DNA of 57,466 bases from an uncultured Mycoplasmatota bacterium (GCA_946498375.1 CAMMOI010000003.1:1-57466); one strand, 5' to 3'; numbered from the stretch's first letter, positions 30,468 through 42,374 are shown. Notes: generated by a model from the sequence alone, not told the origin. Made by a program: numbers and translations.

Positions 30468-30944
30468 CTATTTGCTACTCTTTTTAGCTTTAGTTTCTTT
30501 TTTTGTAGTTGTTTTTGATTTTACTTTTTGTTCTTTTAATAAATCTCTTATTTCTTCTAATAATAGGACTTCTTCACTTTTTTTAGTCTCTTTTTTAACT
30601 GTTTCTTTTTTAGATAAAATTCTATTAATTATTTTAACAAAAATAAATATACAAAGAGAAATAACTAGGAAATCTACTACATTTTGAATAAAGTTTCCAA
30701 TCATAATATTGGCTGAACCAAAAGATATTTTAATTCCTGTAAAATCATGACCACCTAAAATTGCCCCAATAATTGGCATTAAAATATCATTGACTACTGA
30801 TGTAACAATTTTTCCAAAAGCACTACCAATAATTACACCTACAGCTAAATCTACAACATTGCCTTGCGAGATAAATTTCTTAAATTCATTAATAAATTTG
30901 TTTTCGTTCAATTTTTTAATATTTTCATTTATTTCTTTATTCAT
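30468..30944 (-). CDS. mscL: Large-conductance mechanosensitive channel
   Basis: EFKKFISQGNVVDLAVGVIIG, LLEEIRDLL. Confidence 0.96.
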   Translation of the reverse strand: MNKEINENIKKLNENKFINEFKKFISQGNVVDLAVGVIIGSAFGKIVTSVVNDILMPIIGAILGGHDFTGIKISFGSANIMIGNFIQNVVDFLVISLCIFIFVKIINRILSKKETVKKETKKSEEVLLLEEIRDLLKEQKVKSKTTTKKETKAKKSSK

Positions 30945-31740
30945 TATTTCTCCTTTCTTTATTTATATAACTTCTAATTATAGCTTGATCTTCACTTATT
31001 TGACTATCTACTAAATTCTCTTCTTTTAAATTTTCAGCAAGCTTTAAAAGGTCATGACACATCTTATAGTAATATTTTACAAAAACCGTATCTTTTAGTA
31101 TATCATCATCTAATAAATGATTTGTTTTTTCTAAACAATAATAAGCATTACTATAAACATCTGGCATAAACTTCTTATCTTTTTCCTCTTGACATGCCTC
31201 TTTTAATAATTCATAAGTTTCTAAAAAATAATTATATGTTTTAATAATATCTTGCCAATAAACACTAAGTTGAGAATTATTAGATGCGAGTATTTTTAGA
31301 TTAGGATCAATATTTGTATAATTTATTAAATTTTGCAAAGATTTTTGATTATTAATGTAAACTCTTAAAATATTTACTTTATTCCAACCAATGATTTGTT
31401 CAATTATCCCCTCATTTGCTTTATTATCAATATAAATGTCATCTAAAGTCTTATCGATTATTAATTCATCAATATTACATTGAAAAAATGATTCTTTATA
31501 AATAGTTTCAATTTCTGATAAATTAACAGTTTTAAGATTAAGGTTATTAAAAACTAATTTGCCTAAAACGTGAACATTATTTAAATTAATAGAACTTAAT
31601 GATTGATATTTAGCAAATGCTTTATCTGGCAAGGCAAAAATATTATCAGCCAATTCTATTTTCGTAATACTTTGCTTTTCTTCATCAGTAAAATTTTCTA
31701 ATTCATTTAAAGAATTTATTTTAATTTCATTTTTATCCAT
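30937..31740 (-). CDS. Hypothetical protein with a short BspA-type LRR-like N-terminus
   Basis: LPDKAFAKYQSLSSINLNNVHVLGKLVF repeat pattern. Confidence 0.6.
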   Translation of the reverse strand: MDKNEIKINSLNELENFTDEEKQSITKIELADNIFALPDKAFAKYQSLSSINLNNVHVLGKLVFNNLNLKTVNLSEIETIYKESFFQCNIDELIIDKTLDDIYIDNKANEGIIEQIIGWNKVNILRVYINNQKSLQNLINYTNIDPNLKILASNNSQLSVYWQDIIKTYNYFLETYELLKEACQEEKDKKFMPDVYSNAYYCLEKTNHLLDDDILKDTVFVKYYYKMCHDLLKLAENLKEENLVDSQISEDQAIIRSYINKERRNNE

Positions 31741-31810
31741 TTTAACCACCCTTATACCTAGATTAGTTTAACTTAAAAATAAAAATTAATCAATATAAAA
31801 AACAACTTTT

Positions 31811-32626
31811 TTAGTTGCTTTTAGGAAACTTTAATTTTTTTATAACTTCTTTATTATCTTGGTTAAAATAAAGATCACTAATCAATGTTTGTTGTTTTAG
31901 AGTTTGAGATAAACTATCCAAAGTATTATCATAAATTAATTGATCATCAATTTTAGATTTTAAAGTATATAAAAGTTGATCACTTGGATTATTTATGTTA
32001 TGAAATGCCCTAATTTTGTTTTCTAAGCTACCATAATTATTTTCAAAGAAAATTAATGAAGCATCAATTGCAGCTGAGTTTACTGGAAGAACTTTTAACG
32101 TATCATTATTTATTTTTGATAGTGTCTTTATTTCTACTTGTTGGTTAGGGTACTCTTTGTTTAAATAAAAACTAAAAGTTGCCGCAAATAAATAGTCATA
32201 AATTTCTTCATTAAATTTCTCTAATTTAATAATAGCACCATCTATTATTTTCATATTTAAGTGATATAAATCCAAACTAATAAATTTTCGTGCTTTATTC
32301 CAGGTTAATTTTATTTTTGTTTGTTGATTAATATCAGATTGGTTAACAATTTCTTTAAGTAAGTAGTAAATATATGTAAAAGAATTTAACCATTGGTCTA
32401 ACATTTGATAAATATCTTCTTGACTTAAGGTTTTAGGGATTTTTACTTTTTCCATCATCCCTGCTCCATAAATACTATTAATAGCATCGGCATTTCCCGT
32501 TATATCTAAGCCATTATTACCTGTAGTAACTTGAATACGTTCAAATTCATTCAAATAACAAACATTTAATTTATCCTTAGGTTCTAAAATAACATAAATT
32601 TCTCCATTACAATCTTTAAATTTCAT
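31811..32626 (-). CDS. Hypothetical protein
   Basis: 271-aa ORF, AGGGG RBS, no motif recognised. Confidence 0.7.
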   Translation of the reverse strand: MKFKDCNGEIYVILEPKDKLNVCYLNEFERIQVTTGNNGLDITGNADAINSIYGAGMMEKVKIPKTLSQEDIYQMLDQWLNSFTYIYYLLKEIVNQSDINQQTKIKLTWNKARKFISLDLYHLNMKIIDGAIIKLEKFNEEIYDYLFAATFSFYLNKEYPNQQVEIKTLSKINNDTLKVLPVNSAAIDASLIFFENNYGSLENKIRAFHNINNPSDQLLYTLKSKIDDQLIYDNTLDSLSQTLKQQTLISDLYFNQDNKEVIKKLKFPKSN

Positions 32627-32645
32627 TTTCCATTCCCCCTAATAA

Positions 32646-33302
32646 TTATTTTTCTAAATTATTAATAATCTTCTTTAAATTTTTAATTCTATTAACTATT
32701 TCTAAATTTTCTTTTGGTAATTTATTTTTAATTTCTAAATATTTATAATATTGTCTTTTATAATAGTTTACTGATGATTTTTTATTTATTAATATAGGGC
32801 CAAATTCTAGCTCTAAAGAAGTGTATATAGTTTTTCCTTTTATAAATTTAATTATTATATAATCAATATTATTTTCTCTAACTATTAATTCATCTTCTAT
32901 TAAATATCCTATTTTTAATAAACCTTTTCTTAATTCAAATAAATTATTATTACTTTGGATTATAATTTTATTAATAGACAATAATTTTGACTTATTAGAT
33001 AAGATTTTTAAAATGGTAGTAGTTCCCATCCCCGATAATATAAGAGTATTAAAAGATTTTGTATTAATGCTATTTAAACCATCACTAATTATTGTTGGAA
33101 TTTTAGCTTCTAAATGCTTTCTTTTAATATTATTTATGGCATTATTTAAAGCATTTTGATTAATATCACTAGCTAAAATCTTAAAACATTTTTGATGTTC
33201 AACTAAGTATATACTTAATAAGCCGTGATCACAGCCAACATCTATTACCGCATCATGAGAATCTATAAAATTAGCAATTGCTTTAAGACGCAAACTTTTC
33301 AT
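32646..33302 (-). CDS. trmK: tRNA (adenine-22-N1) methyltransferase
   Basis: DVGCDHG, SDGL, SGMG; canonical position after rpoD. Confidence 0.9.
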   Translation of the reverse strand: MKSLRLKAIANFIDSHDAVIDVGCDHGLLSIYLVEHQKCFKILASDINQNALNNAINNIKRKHLEAKIPTIISDGLNSINTKSFNTLILSGMGTTTILKILSNKSKLLSINKIIIQSNNNLFELRKGLLKIGYLIEDELIVRENNIDYIIIKFIKGKTIYTSLELEFGPILINKKSSVNYYKRQYYKYLEIKNKLPKENLEIVNRIKNLKKIINNLEK

Positions 33303-34399
33303 TAATCATCACTTAAGAAATCTCTAAGTCTTTTAGCACGTGAAGGATGTCTTAATTTTCGCAAAGCTTTCGCCTCAATTTGTCTAATTCTCTCACGAGT
33401 TACATTAAATCTCTTACCTACTTCTTCTAATGTATGACTAGTTCCATCTACAAGGCCAAATCTAAGTTCAAGCACTTCTTGTTCTCTTTCTTGTAAAGTC
33501 ATTAATACATTTTTGATTTCTTCTTTTAAAATTTCATTAGTAGCATACTCCTCTGGTGACATACTTGTAATATCAGGAAGAAAATCACCAAGATGAGAAT
33601 CATCTTCCTCTCCAATTGGTGTTTCTAAAGAAACTGGATCTTGAGATATTTTAATTACTTCTCTAACCTTTTCTACTGTAATACCCATTTTTTGAGCTAT
33701 TTCTTCTTCAGTTGGTTCTCTATCTAAATCTAATGTTAATTGTCGTTGAATACGAACCATTTTATTGATCGTTTCAACCATATGTACTGGAACTCTAATA
33801 GTACGAGCTTGGTCTGCTAAAGCTCTAGTTATTGCTTGTCTAATCCACCAAGTAGCATATGTAGAAAATTTGTATCCCTTATCATAATCAAATTTTTCAA
33901 CGGCTTTCATTAGTCCAATGTTTCCCTCTTGAATTAAATCTAAGAATAGTAATCCACGGCCGACATAGCGTTTAGCAATGGATACCACTAGACGTAAATT
34001 AGATTCAGCAAGTTGATTTTTAGCCATTTCATCTCCCTGCGCTGAACGAATAGATAAATCTCTTTCTTCCTCTGGAGTTAAAAGACTAATTCTTCCAATT
34101 TCTTTTAAATAGCATCTAACAGGATCATTAATATTAACATCTTTAGTTATTTCACTATCATCTAAAATTTTAATTTCTTCTTTTTTAGCTTTTTTAGTAC
34201 CATTTCCATCTGCATCTTCCTCAGCGATTATCTCGATTTTGTTTTCTACAAATGTATTGTATAATTCATCTAAGCTATCATTATCAATATCTAACCCTTT
34301 TAGGGCATCTGCCATTTGTTCAAATGTAACATATCCTTGTTTTTTACCAATTGATAACAATTCTTTTTTACGATCTTCAAAACTTTTTATTTCTACCAT
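33302..34399 (-). CDS. rpoD: Primary sigma factor
   Basis: [45 protein letters not shown]. Confidence 0.98.
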   Translation of the reverse strand: MVEIKSFEDRKKELLSIGKKQGYVTFEQMADALKGLDIDNDSLDELYNTFVENKIEIIAEEDADGNGTKKAKKEEIKILDDSEITKDVNINDPVRCYLKEIGRISLLTPEEERDLSIRSAQGDEMAKNQLAESNLRLVVSIAKRYVGRGLLFLDLIQEGNIGLMKAVEKFDYDKGYKFSTYATWWIRQAITRALADQARTIRVPVHMVETINKMVRIQRQLTLDLDREPTEEEIAQKMGITVEKVREVIKISQDPVSLETPIGEEDDSHLGDFLPDITSMSPEEYATNEILKEEIKNVLMTLQEREQEVLELRFGLVDGTSHTLEEVGKRFNVTRERIRQIEAKALRKLRHPSRAKRLRDFLSDD

Positions 34400-34400
34400 T

Positions 34401-36155
34401 TTAAACACATCCTTTTTTAATTTCAGCAATTTGATTTGCAATTTTTATTTTTTCATTTTTGTCCATACAATTCTTTAATTTTTCTTTTAGTTCTTTTATA
34501 GTTTGCTTTTCATTTACTACTTTTATACTTTTTAAAAAATCATAGAAAGCAGTTTCTTCTAATTCTATATCACTACATACATTAACAATATTTAAAACAT
34601 CAGGAAGGACATTTTCATTATTGGTAACAAAACTTAAAAAATCAGCTAAATTTATTGTTTGATGTAACTCATAATAATATAAAATTTCTTTTATTATCTC
34701 TCGATACTTCGCCTCATTTATAAAAACTAAATTTTCTTGGTATATTCTAACATATTTTGCATCATTCATCATGAAAAATAATAAATTTTTTAAAGTTTTT
34801 TCGTATTTCGATAATTTTATGTTTTTATTATCATTAACAAATTTTAGTTCTTTTTCTTGTTTTATATCTTTATTTAATTTGTCAATTTGCTTTAATTTAT
34901 CTTGTAAAATTTCATAATCTAAATTATAAGTATCTGCCAGTTTTTTTAAAGTAATATCAATTAAAATTGGATCTTTTTCTTGACTTAAATCTTTTAAGAC
35001 ATCATTAACATAATTAGCTAAATCTACCGTTTCATTTAAATTCTTATTTTGCTTTAGATAATTAATTGTAAAATCTAAAAACTTAATTGGAGAATTTAAA
35101 TTCTTTTTAAAAGCATCTATTCCTTGATTAATAATATATTCATCTGGATCTTTATTTCCGGTTAATCTAATGACTTCTACTTCAAAATTTTGATTTTTTA
35201 AAATATTGCCAATTTCATATGTAGCCTTTTGCCCAGGTTCATCACTATCTAAACATAAAATTACTTTGCAATGTAATTTTTGAATTAGTTTTATTTGATC
35301 ACTCGTTAAAGATGTTCCCATAATTGCAACTACATTTTTAACTCCGTTTAAATATAGTCTAATAGCATCCATATAACCTTCTACTAAAATTATACTTTTA
35401 TTGTTTTGAATACTATTTTTAGCTCTATGATAATTAAAAAGCATCTGACCTTTTTTAAAAATAATAGTTTCACGAGTATTTAAGTATTTAGGACCTTCAC
35501 TATTATCATAAAGTCTGCCACTAAAACCAATAATATTTCCATTAGGATCATGTAAAGGAAACATTACTCGATTAATAAATACATCAGTTATTTGTTCATG
35601 ATTATTAATTAACCCCAAATTTTCTAAATCTTTTTCTTGATAATTTTTACTTTTTAAAATTTGATAAAGTAAATCTTTATTTTTTAGTGCCAGCCCAATA
35701 TTAAATTCTTTTATAGCATTATTATCTAAAAAACGTTTAGCTAAATATTCTAGTGCAGCTTTACCTTGTTCTGTTTTTAAATTATTTGTAAAATACTTAG
35801 AGCTAACTTCCATTATCTCATAATAATGACTATACTTTTCATTTTGAATGCTTTTAATTGGCGTTGATAAATGAAAACCTACTTTTTGAGCAATAATTTC
35901 TACTGCCTGCGCAAAAGAAACATTTTCATAATTTTGAACAAATGTAAAAACGTTGCCGGCTGCTCCACAGGAAAAACATTTATATATTTGTTTTTCTTTA
36001 GAAACACTCATACTCGGTGAATGATCAGCATGGAAAGGGCAAACCCCAAAATAATTCTTCCCCTTATGATCAAGTGGAATATAACTACTTATCACTTCAA
36101 CAATATCTACACATTGACGTAAGGCAGTTATCTCTTCTTGTGGTATAAGTGCCAT
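34401..36155 (-). CDS. dnaG: DNA primase
   Basis: CPFH..HSPS, CFSC, FSGR, PKYLN, VEGYMD, DPDE. Confidence 0.97.
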   Translation of the reverse strand: MALIPQEEITALRQCVDIVEVISSYIPLDHKGKNYFGVCPFHADHSPSMSVSKEKQIYKCFSCGAAGNVFTFVQNYENVSFAQAVEIIAQKVGFHLSTPIKSIQNEKYSHYYEIMEVSSKYFTNNLKTEQGKAALEYLAKRFLDNNAIKEFNIGLALKNKDLLYQILKSKNYQEKDLENLGLINNHEQITDVFINRVMFPLHDPNGNIIGFSGRLYDNSEGPKYLNTRETIIFKKGQMLFNYHRAKNSIQNNKSIILVEGYMDAIRLYLNGVKNVVAIMGTSLTSDQIKLIQKLHCKVILCLDSDEPGQKATYEIGNILKNQNFEVEVIRLTGNKDPDEYIINQGIDAFKKNLNSPIKFLDFTINYLKQNKNLNETVDLANYVNDVLKDLSQEKDPILIDITLKKLADTYNLDYEILQDKLKQIDKLNKDIKQEKELKFVNDNKNIKLSKYEKTLKNLLFFMMNDAKYVRIYQENLVFINEAKYREIIKEILYYYELHQTINLADFLSFVTNNENVLPDVLNIVNVCSDIELEETAFYDFLKSIKVVNEKQTIKELKEKLKNCMDKNEKIKIANQIAEIKKGCV

Positions 36156-36293
36156 AATTTACCTCCCTACTTTTAATATATTATCGACAAATGCCCAATT
36201 TCCTCTTTTTTGATATAAAAAAATGCAAAAATTTAACTTATTTTAGCATTTTTTAGTAATTTTTGCATATAATATATTTTTATTTTTTATATT

Positions 36294-37721
36294 TTAAACT
36301 ACATACGGATTAGATTTGCTTCCATCGCCACCTGTAATTATTATATCAGCTCTTAAACTGATAACTGGGCGGACTTCTCCACTACGGTTGGTACTGTTGC
36401 TGAGGCTATAGTAGTTGGCGTCAAACACATATGCATAACTAGTGCTAGAACTAATTGGTGATAAAGACCACCACCAGTAGCCTTTATACAAATAATTATT
36501 TCTGCTTCCAACCTGTATAGTATCCCTCTCTATTCCGGCTAAAGCAATTTCATCAGCTGATAATAGCCCTATCTTTAAATTATATTTTCCACCATAATTA
36601 ACGCTTGTATTAGGGCACTTCAATGTTTGATTATGTTTATAAACTAATCTATCATAAGCACCATAATATCTAGTAGATTCACTTAATCTATAACTAGTAT
36701 CATTACAATAATCGGCAATAACTATTTTATCTTCATAACTAGAAAGATTAGTATTATACCAATTATCTAAATATGTTTTAATAGTACTTGAAGTGCCTTC
36801 ACTCCCATTACATGGATTAGAATTTGTACAATTATGGGAGTTATTATAAGTATAGCCTACATATTGATGGCCTTGGTAGGTTGTATTAAATAAACTTTCT
36901 CCCATTTTTTCATCAGTTATTATTCTTATACTTCCGTCTCCATTAACTCGGACAATCCGCCATAAAATATTGGCAAATGAGACATATGTTCCTGAAAGTT
37001 CATTGGTGTAAGCACTGGCTAAATTATTTTTGTTATAAACTCTATCTCTATTAACATAACTTGTTCCTTGATCATCTTCTACAGCAATTAGCCCACTTTG
37101 AATTAATGTACTATCTTCTTCATAAACACTTGTTATTATTGGATTTGATATTACTACTTTAGAGGCTAGATAATTACTATTCTCTAAATTATTTATTTGA
37201 ATTAAGCCGCCAAATGTTTTTCCTTGATTATCGTTTTGATTATCGGCTGTTTCTTTAAAATGAATGGTCATGGTATACTCCTGAGTTATTCCTGGTTCAA
37301 TTATAATAGCTGGTATTAAGGTTGTATCTTCACTTGGCATAACAGTAGTAGTCTTAGCTCCCCCTGAATTGGTACTAGTTATACTATATACTAAATCATT
37401 TTTATCGGCAAAATTATTAGTAACATTTATTAAATCTATACCATAAGGAGTAGCTATAGTTCCTGGATTAGTAACTGTAAAATTAATTGTATGAGTAGCT
37501 CCAGGAAGCATTGCTTCATTAGGACTTACAATTGTTGTACCATTTAATACTAAAGCCATTGTTCCGGTATTTACATTAACACCTTTTGCTGTATCATTGC
37601 CAATTACCGTGGCTGTAAAATAAGCATAAGAAATACTACTTATTATAATTAAGACTAAAACACACAAACTTATAACAACTATTTTAGAATTCCACACTAG
37701 TTTATTATTTTTTATTTTCAT
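36294..37721 (-). CDS. Secreted/surface protein with SipW-type signal peptide and C-terminal DUF6273-like domain
   Basis: ISYAYFT signal; WRIVRVNGDGSIRI, IGLLSADE, WWSLSP, VRPVISL, GDGSKSNPY. Confidence 0.7.
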   Translation of the reverse strand: MKIKNNKLVWNSKIVVISLCVLVLIIISSISYAYFTATVIGNDTAKGVNVNTGTMALVLNGTTIVSPNEAMLPGATHTINFTVTNPGTIATPYGIDLINVTNNFADKNDLVYSITSTNSGGAKTTTVMPSEDTTLIPAIIIEPGITQEYTMTIHFKETADNQNDNQGKTFGGLIQINNLENSNYLASKVVISNPIITSVYEEDSTLIQSGLIAVEDDQGTSYVNRDRVYNKNNLASAYTNELSGTYVSFANILWRIVRVNGDGSIRIITDEKMGESLFNTTYQGHQYVGYTYNNSHNCTNSNPCNGSEGTSSTIKTYLDNWYNTNLSSYEDKIVIADYCNDTSYRLSESTRYYGAYDRLVYKHNQTLKCPNTSVNYGGKYNLKIGLLSADEIALAGIERDTIQVGSRNNYLYKGYWWWSLSPISSSTSYAYVFDANYYSLSNSTNRSGEVRPVISLRADIIITGGDGSKSNPYVV

Positions 37722-37751
37722 AAACAAACTCCTCTACTTTACACTGTCTTT

Positions 37752-37779
37752 AGTATACCCCCTCCCGATTTTTTGTCAA
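37752..37779 (-). promoter_or_regulatory. Sigma-A promoter with a G-tract spacer
   Basis: TTGACA-aaaaatcgggaggggg (16 bp)-TATACT. Confidence 0.7.
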
Positions 37780-37834
37780 ATAAAAAACTTGCATTTACAC
37801 GAGTTTTACGCAAATTTAAATATATACAATAACT

Positions 37835-38722
37835 TTAAATATCTGTTCTTTTTAAGTTATCAAATGTTTTATGAAAGGCTTGACAAATAGCAATAACAAG
37901 TATAGATCCGTAGCTTAATTTAAATACCACAATAAGTAAAAAGCACAATATTCCAATAATTATAGAATATATTCTTCTACCATTTTTGGTATATGGACTA
38001 TAAAAAAGATTAGGAGCAATAAAAACAGAAGTAAATAATATTGGATTTAAAAAACAAGTGACTAAATTAGTTTTAGTTATTAAACAGTATATAAAAGAAC
38101 AAATTAGATAAGTTATTAGTATATATAAAGGTATATCTTTCTTATAAATGAAATTAGTTTTAAGAAGAAGATAACCAACTATACATAAGATATTACTCGT
38201 AATAAATATTCCTCCAGAATACATTCCTAAAATTATTTTAATATTACTCAACGTTAGATTTTCATCTTTAAAAGTATTAAAAGCAGTATTGTCATATAAA
38301 CTAAATACAAGAAAAAATATTAAATAAATTACTAATACTGGAGATATCAAATTTTTATGATCTACCATTCTTAAAATTAATAAAGTAAAAAATAATAACA
38401 CTATATAAACTAAATAATTAATATGATATGGCATCATCATCGCTATTATAATACTATATAATATATAGGGTGATTCCAAAAGATTAATTTTATCTTTTTT
38501 TAATTTTTGATATGACATTTCAATTATAATAGATGTAAATAAACTAATAATTGGTAAAATTAAAACTTTAAGTATTGCCCCAAAAGAAATAAAGTTTTGC
38601 TGATAAAGATATACGCCATTTTTATAAATTCCAAATAAAATTAAAGGGAGTATGGCTATATAATATTTAGTTAAATATTTTAATAAAGAATTATCAGTTT
38701 TGATATAAGGAGCATGATCCAT
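37835..38722 (-). CDS. Divergent RnfD/NqrB-like membrane protein
   Basis: APYIK N-terminus, TM pattern, YSPYTKNGR loop; coupled to an RnfC-like gene. Confidence 0.7.
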   Translation of the reverse strand: MDHAPYIKTDNSLLKYLTKYYIAILPLILFGIYKNGVYLYQQNFISFGAILKVLILPIISLFTSIIIEMSYQKLKKDKINLLESPYILYSIIIAMMMPYHINYLVYIVLLFFTLLILRMVDHKNLISPVLVIYLIFFLVFSLYDNTAFNTFKDENLTLSNIKIILGMYSGGIFITSNILCIVGYLLLKTNFIYKKDIPLYILITYLICSFIYCLITKTNLVTCFLNPILFTSVFIAPNLFYSPYTKNGRRIYSIIIGILCFLLIVVFKLSYGSILVIAICQAFHKTFDNLKRTDI

Positions 38723-39843
38723 TATTTAGCCTCCTTTTTTAAATATTTACTAAAATCAATATGAGAAGGACAAATATATGAACATAAATTACAGTGTATA
38801 CATTTATTAGAATATTTTTTATTTTCTTTGAGATATTTAGGGTCTAATCCTATAGGACAGAACTTAGCACACAAGCCACAATTTATACATGGCTTTTCTA
38901 AGTATGATTTTATATCTTGGATGATAATTCCATCGATATTTTCATTCATACACAATAGATTTAAATCAACTTCTTTTCCTTTCATTAAACCGTTTGTAAT
39001 AAAATGGTATTCTAAATCTTTTTTTATTTTTATATTATCATTTATTGCTTGAATTAAAGGGGTACCATATTTTATGTTAATAACTTTTGGTTTTTGAACT
39101 CCCCTTCCTGATATAGTTATATATTTTTGACTAACTAATGTATTATTTATAAAATAATTGTAAACTTTTAAAACATCATATAAACTAATAATTTTAAAAT
39201 TAGAGTAATGTTTTTTAACTTTTTTTGCTAAAACAATTTCACAACTATTAGTATAATCCGAATCAATTAAATTAACGGTTATATTAGGATATCTTCCAAT
39301 ACTATTCCATAATTTATTAATGCTATCTTTATCATTAATACCAATTATTATTACTACTTTAGATAAATTAAAATCATTTGCTAGTTTATCTAAAGTTTTT
39401 AATATCTTCTCACAGTAATCTCTTATAATTAAAATGTTGTTAGCAATATAAGGCTCATCTTCTAAAGCATTTACAATTAAAGTGCAATCTTTTAATGTTT
39501 TTAATTTAGATGATAATTTTAGATCACATTGTTCTACATTGTTATAATCAATTTTAATTTTTTTAGATTGCTCTTTAAAATTATTTTTAATAGCAATAGC
39601 TGGTAAATTTTTATTATTATGATCTTTTACTTTACAAAATCCTATAATTGTACCTGATATAGATGAATAATATTTTTTAGTTTTAATTTCAGCGAGTAAT
39701 TGATCTTTTAAAACTTTATCACCGACTTTGACATACACTTTAGCAGTGGGAGCAATAGTAATATATACTATTTTAGGTAAAGTATAGTCTACAACTTTAT
39801 ATGATACTTTAAGATTATATTCATCTTTTATATCTACTCCCAT
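38722..39843 (-). CDS. Divergent RnfC-like Fe-S protein
   Basis: VKVGDKV barrel, SSISGTI, NALEDEPY, SLBB-like GTPL, two CxxCxxCxxxCP motifs. Confidence 0.8.
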   Translation of the reverse strand: MGVDIKDEYNLKVSYKVVDYTLPKIVYITIAPTAKVYVKVGDKVLKDQLLAEIKTKKYYSSISGTIIGFCKVKDHNNKNLPAIAIKNNFKEQSKKIKIDYNNVEQCDLKLSSKLKTLKDCTLIVNALEDEPYIANNILIIRDYCEKILKTLDKLANDFNLSKVVIIIGINDKDSINKLWNSIGRYPNITVNLIDSDYTNSCEIVLAKKVKKHYSNFKIISLYDVLKVYNYFINNTLVSQKYITISGRGVQKPKVINIKYGTPLIQAINDNIKIKKDLEYHFITNGLMKGKEVDLNLLCMNENIDGIIIQDIKSYLEKPCINCGLCAKFCPIGLDPKYLKENKKYSNKCIHCNLCSYICPSHIDFSKYLKKEAK

Positions 39844-39894
39844 TACTACCACCTAAACGTATTATACTATATTTTTAGACATTTTTTTCAAAAA

Positions 39895-41679
39895 CTAATT
39901 ATTTTTATCTTCTTTATATTCTTTTAAATATTTGAGTAAATTTTGAGCAACATTCTGCGGAATAATTTGGCACAATTCATCTAATGAAGCATCCATAATT
40001 TTAGAAATACTGCCATATTTTTTGATTAATTCTTTTTTTCTTACGTTACCTATTCCATCAATATTATCTAAGATACTTGCAATACTTCCTTTGCTTCTAA
40101 TTGTTTTATGATAATTTATTGTATATCTATGAACTTCATCTTGAATTCTTGTTAAAAAATGAAATAAATTACTCATTGGATCTAAAGAAAGTTCTTGATA
40201 ATTTTGACCATCTATTAAAACATTAGTGCGATGTTTATCATCTTTTTTTAAGCCAACAACGCGAATATTTAATTTAAGGCTTTTTAGTATTTCTAAACAA
40301 GCATTTATTTGATTTATACCCCCATCAACAATAATTAATTCTGGTAGTTGTGATTGTTCTTCAATAGCTTTTTTATAACGACGAAAAATTACTTCTTGCA
40401 TAGTATGGTAATCATCATTTTTCTCAATACTTATTTTATATTTACGATAATCTTTTTTTGAGGGCTCACCATTTTTAAAAACTACCATTCCACTTACCGA
40501 AAAAGAGCCAAAAAGATTAGAATTATCAAAAGCATCAATACGGTATAAAACATCCATATTTAATAATTTACGAAGATCATCTTGAGCTTTACTAGTTCTT
40601 AACTCTTTTTTCTTAATTGTAGAAAAAGTATTATCTAAAGCTACCTTAGCATTTGTATATGCCATGTCTAAAAGTTTTTTCTTAATTCCTTTTAAAGCAA
40701 TCGTAACATTTGTATTTATTAATTGTTTTAATAAGTTACTATCTAAAGAATCATCAATAATTATCTCTTTAGGAATTTCATGATTTTGATAAAATTTAAC
40801 TATACAAAATTCAACATCATCTTTAACTTCACTAATCAAAGGAAAGATTTCATTATGATGTCCTAAAAGCTTGCCGTTACGTAAAAAGAAAAATTGAACA
40901 CTTAAATAACTGTTATTAAGATAATAAGAAATTACATCACGATTAATAAAATCATGTAATTCAACTTTTTGCTTATCCATAATTATGCTAATATAATCTA
41001 ATTCTTTTTTTAGTTCTAAAGCTTTTTCGAAATTTAGATTTTGACTATAAAAATTAATTTTTTCTAATAATTTCTTTTTTAAAACTGTATCATTTCCTCT
41101 TAAAAACGATAATATTTCACTTTCCATTTCTTTTACTAGATTATCATCAATATTTTTTTGACAATATCCTAAGCATTCATTAATATGGAAATATAAGCAT
41201 ACTTCTTTAGGTTTACCTTCGCATTTTTTTAAGGGATATAAACGATTAAGTAAATTAACTATTCTCCTGGCCGCATGAGCATTTGGATAAGGCCCGAATA
41301 GATTTCTATTGCTATGTTTTTTTAAGTGAGCATACCTAACGATTTTGAGCCTTGGAAATGGTTTAGAAATATATTCTATATAAGGATATGATTTATCGTC
41401 TTTTAATAAAATATTATATTTAGGATCATGTAATTTAATTAAATTTAATTCTAATACAAAAGCTTCTACTTCACTTGTCGTAACAATATATTCAAAGTCA
41501 ACTATTTCACTAACTAATTTAGCTGTTTTACCAGTATGTTCTTTATTAAAATAAGAAGATACACGTTTATGAAGATCTTTAGCTTTACCTACATAAATAA
41601 TGGTACCATTCTTATCTTTCATTTGATAAGATCCTGGTAAATGAGGAATTAATTTTAATTTTTCTTTTATATGATCCAT
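39895..41679 (-). CDS. uvrC: Excinuclease ABC subunit C
   Basis: IIYVGKAK, PKYNILLKDDKSYPY, FDNS, IVDGG, IQDEVHR, HhH. Confidence 0.97.
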   Translation of the reverse strand: MDHIKEKLKLIPHLPGSYQMKDKNGTIIYVGKAKDLHKRVSSYFNKEHTGKTAKLVSEIVDFEYIVTTSEVEAFVLELNLIKLHDPKYNILLKDDKSYPYIEYISKPFPRLKIVRYAHLKKHSNRNLFGPYPNAHAARRIVNLLNRLYPLKKCEGKPKEVCLYFHINECLGYCQKNIDDNLVKEMESEILSFLRGNDTVLKKKLLEKINFYSQNLNFEKALELKKELDYISIIMDKQKVELHDFINRDVISYYLNNSYLSVQFFFLRNGKLLGHHNEIFPLISEVKDDVEFCIVKFYQNHEIPKEIIIDDSLDSNLLKQLINTNVTIALKGIKKKLLDMAYTNAKVALDNTFSTIKKKELRTSKAQDDLRKLLNMDVLYRIDAFDNSNLFGSFSVSGMVVFKNGEPSKKDYRKYKISIEKNDDYHTMQEVIFRRYKKAIEEQSQLPELIIVDGGINQINACLEILKSLKLNIRVVGLKKDDKHRTNVLIDGQNYQELSLDPMSNLFHFLTRIQDEVHRYTINYHKTIRSKGSIASILDNIDGIGNVRKKELIKKYGSISKIMDASLDELCQIIPQNVAQNLLKYLKEYKEDKNN

Positions 41680-41746
41680 TTTTAATACCTCCCTTTTTAT
41701 TATACTACAAAATAAGTCATAAACTAGTTAAGTTATGACTTTTAAG

Positions 41747-42280
41747 TTAAATACAATATTCTCTTAAAGAATATAAATATAGGCCATGCTTTTTATTTGT
41801 AATAAATTTAAAACCATAAGAATCGTAAATTTGATTTAGTCTTTTATTATCCATACGACATATAAGCCTTATTTTATCCATCTGCTGTTGCAAAGCAATC
41901 GATTTACAAATATCAATTATTATTTTTCCTAAATTATGAGTCCCTAGCTTAGTTACTAAACGGTGTATATATAAAGCATTAATTTCATCATCCCATGGCA
42001 CGTTGTTAGTAGATAATTCAAAAGCCCCAACAATCTGGTCTTTTTGTTTTAGAACATAATATGTTTGATTAGCAATAGCACTTATAAATTTTTCAATTGG
42101 GTTAGCATTAAAATAATCTTTCCATTGATTAATTTTTTGTTTTTCAAACCATATCATTCGTTCTTTATATAGTTGAATTATTTCATTTAATTCATCTTTA
42201 TTCGCCAATGTTAAAATTAAATTATTTTCTTTTAATTGGCTTTTAGAGTTTTCATCCAAAATACTATTCACAATAATCAC
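41747..42280 (-). CDS. GNAT family acetyltransferase
   Basis: INQW, LYIHRL, NKRLNQIYDSYGF. Confidence 0.8.
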   Translation of the reverse strand: MIIVNSILDENSKSQLKENNLILTLANKDELNEIIQLYKERMIWFEKQKINQWKDYFNANPIEKFISAIANQTYYVLKQKDQIVGAFELSTNNVPWDDEINALYIHRLVTKLGTHNLGKIIIDICKSIALQQQMDKIRLICRMDNKRLNQIYDSYGFKFITNKKHGLYLYSLREYCI

Positions 42281-42374
42281 CTTTTTACAACAATAAAGGT
42301 ATTATATCAAATATATTCTTTGATAACAATTAAAATAAATATTTGATATAATATAATTACTTGAGGAGATAATA

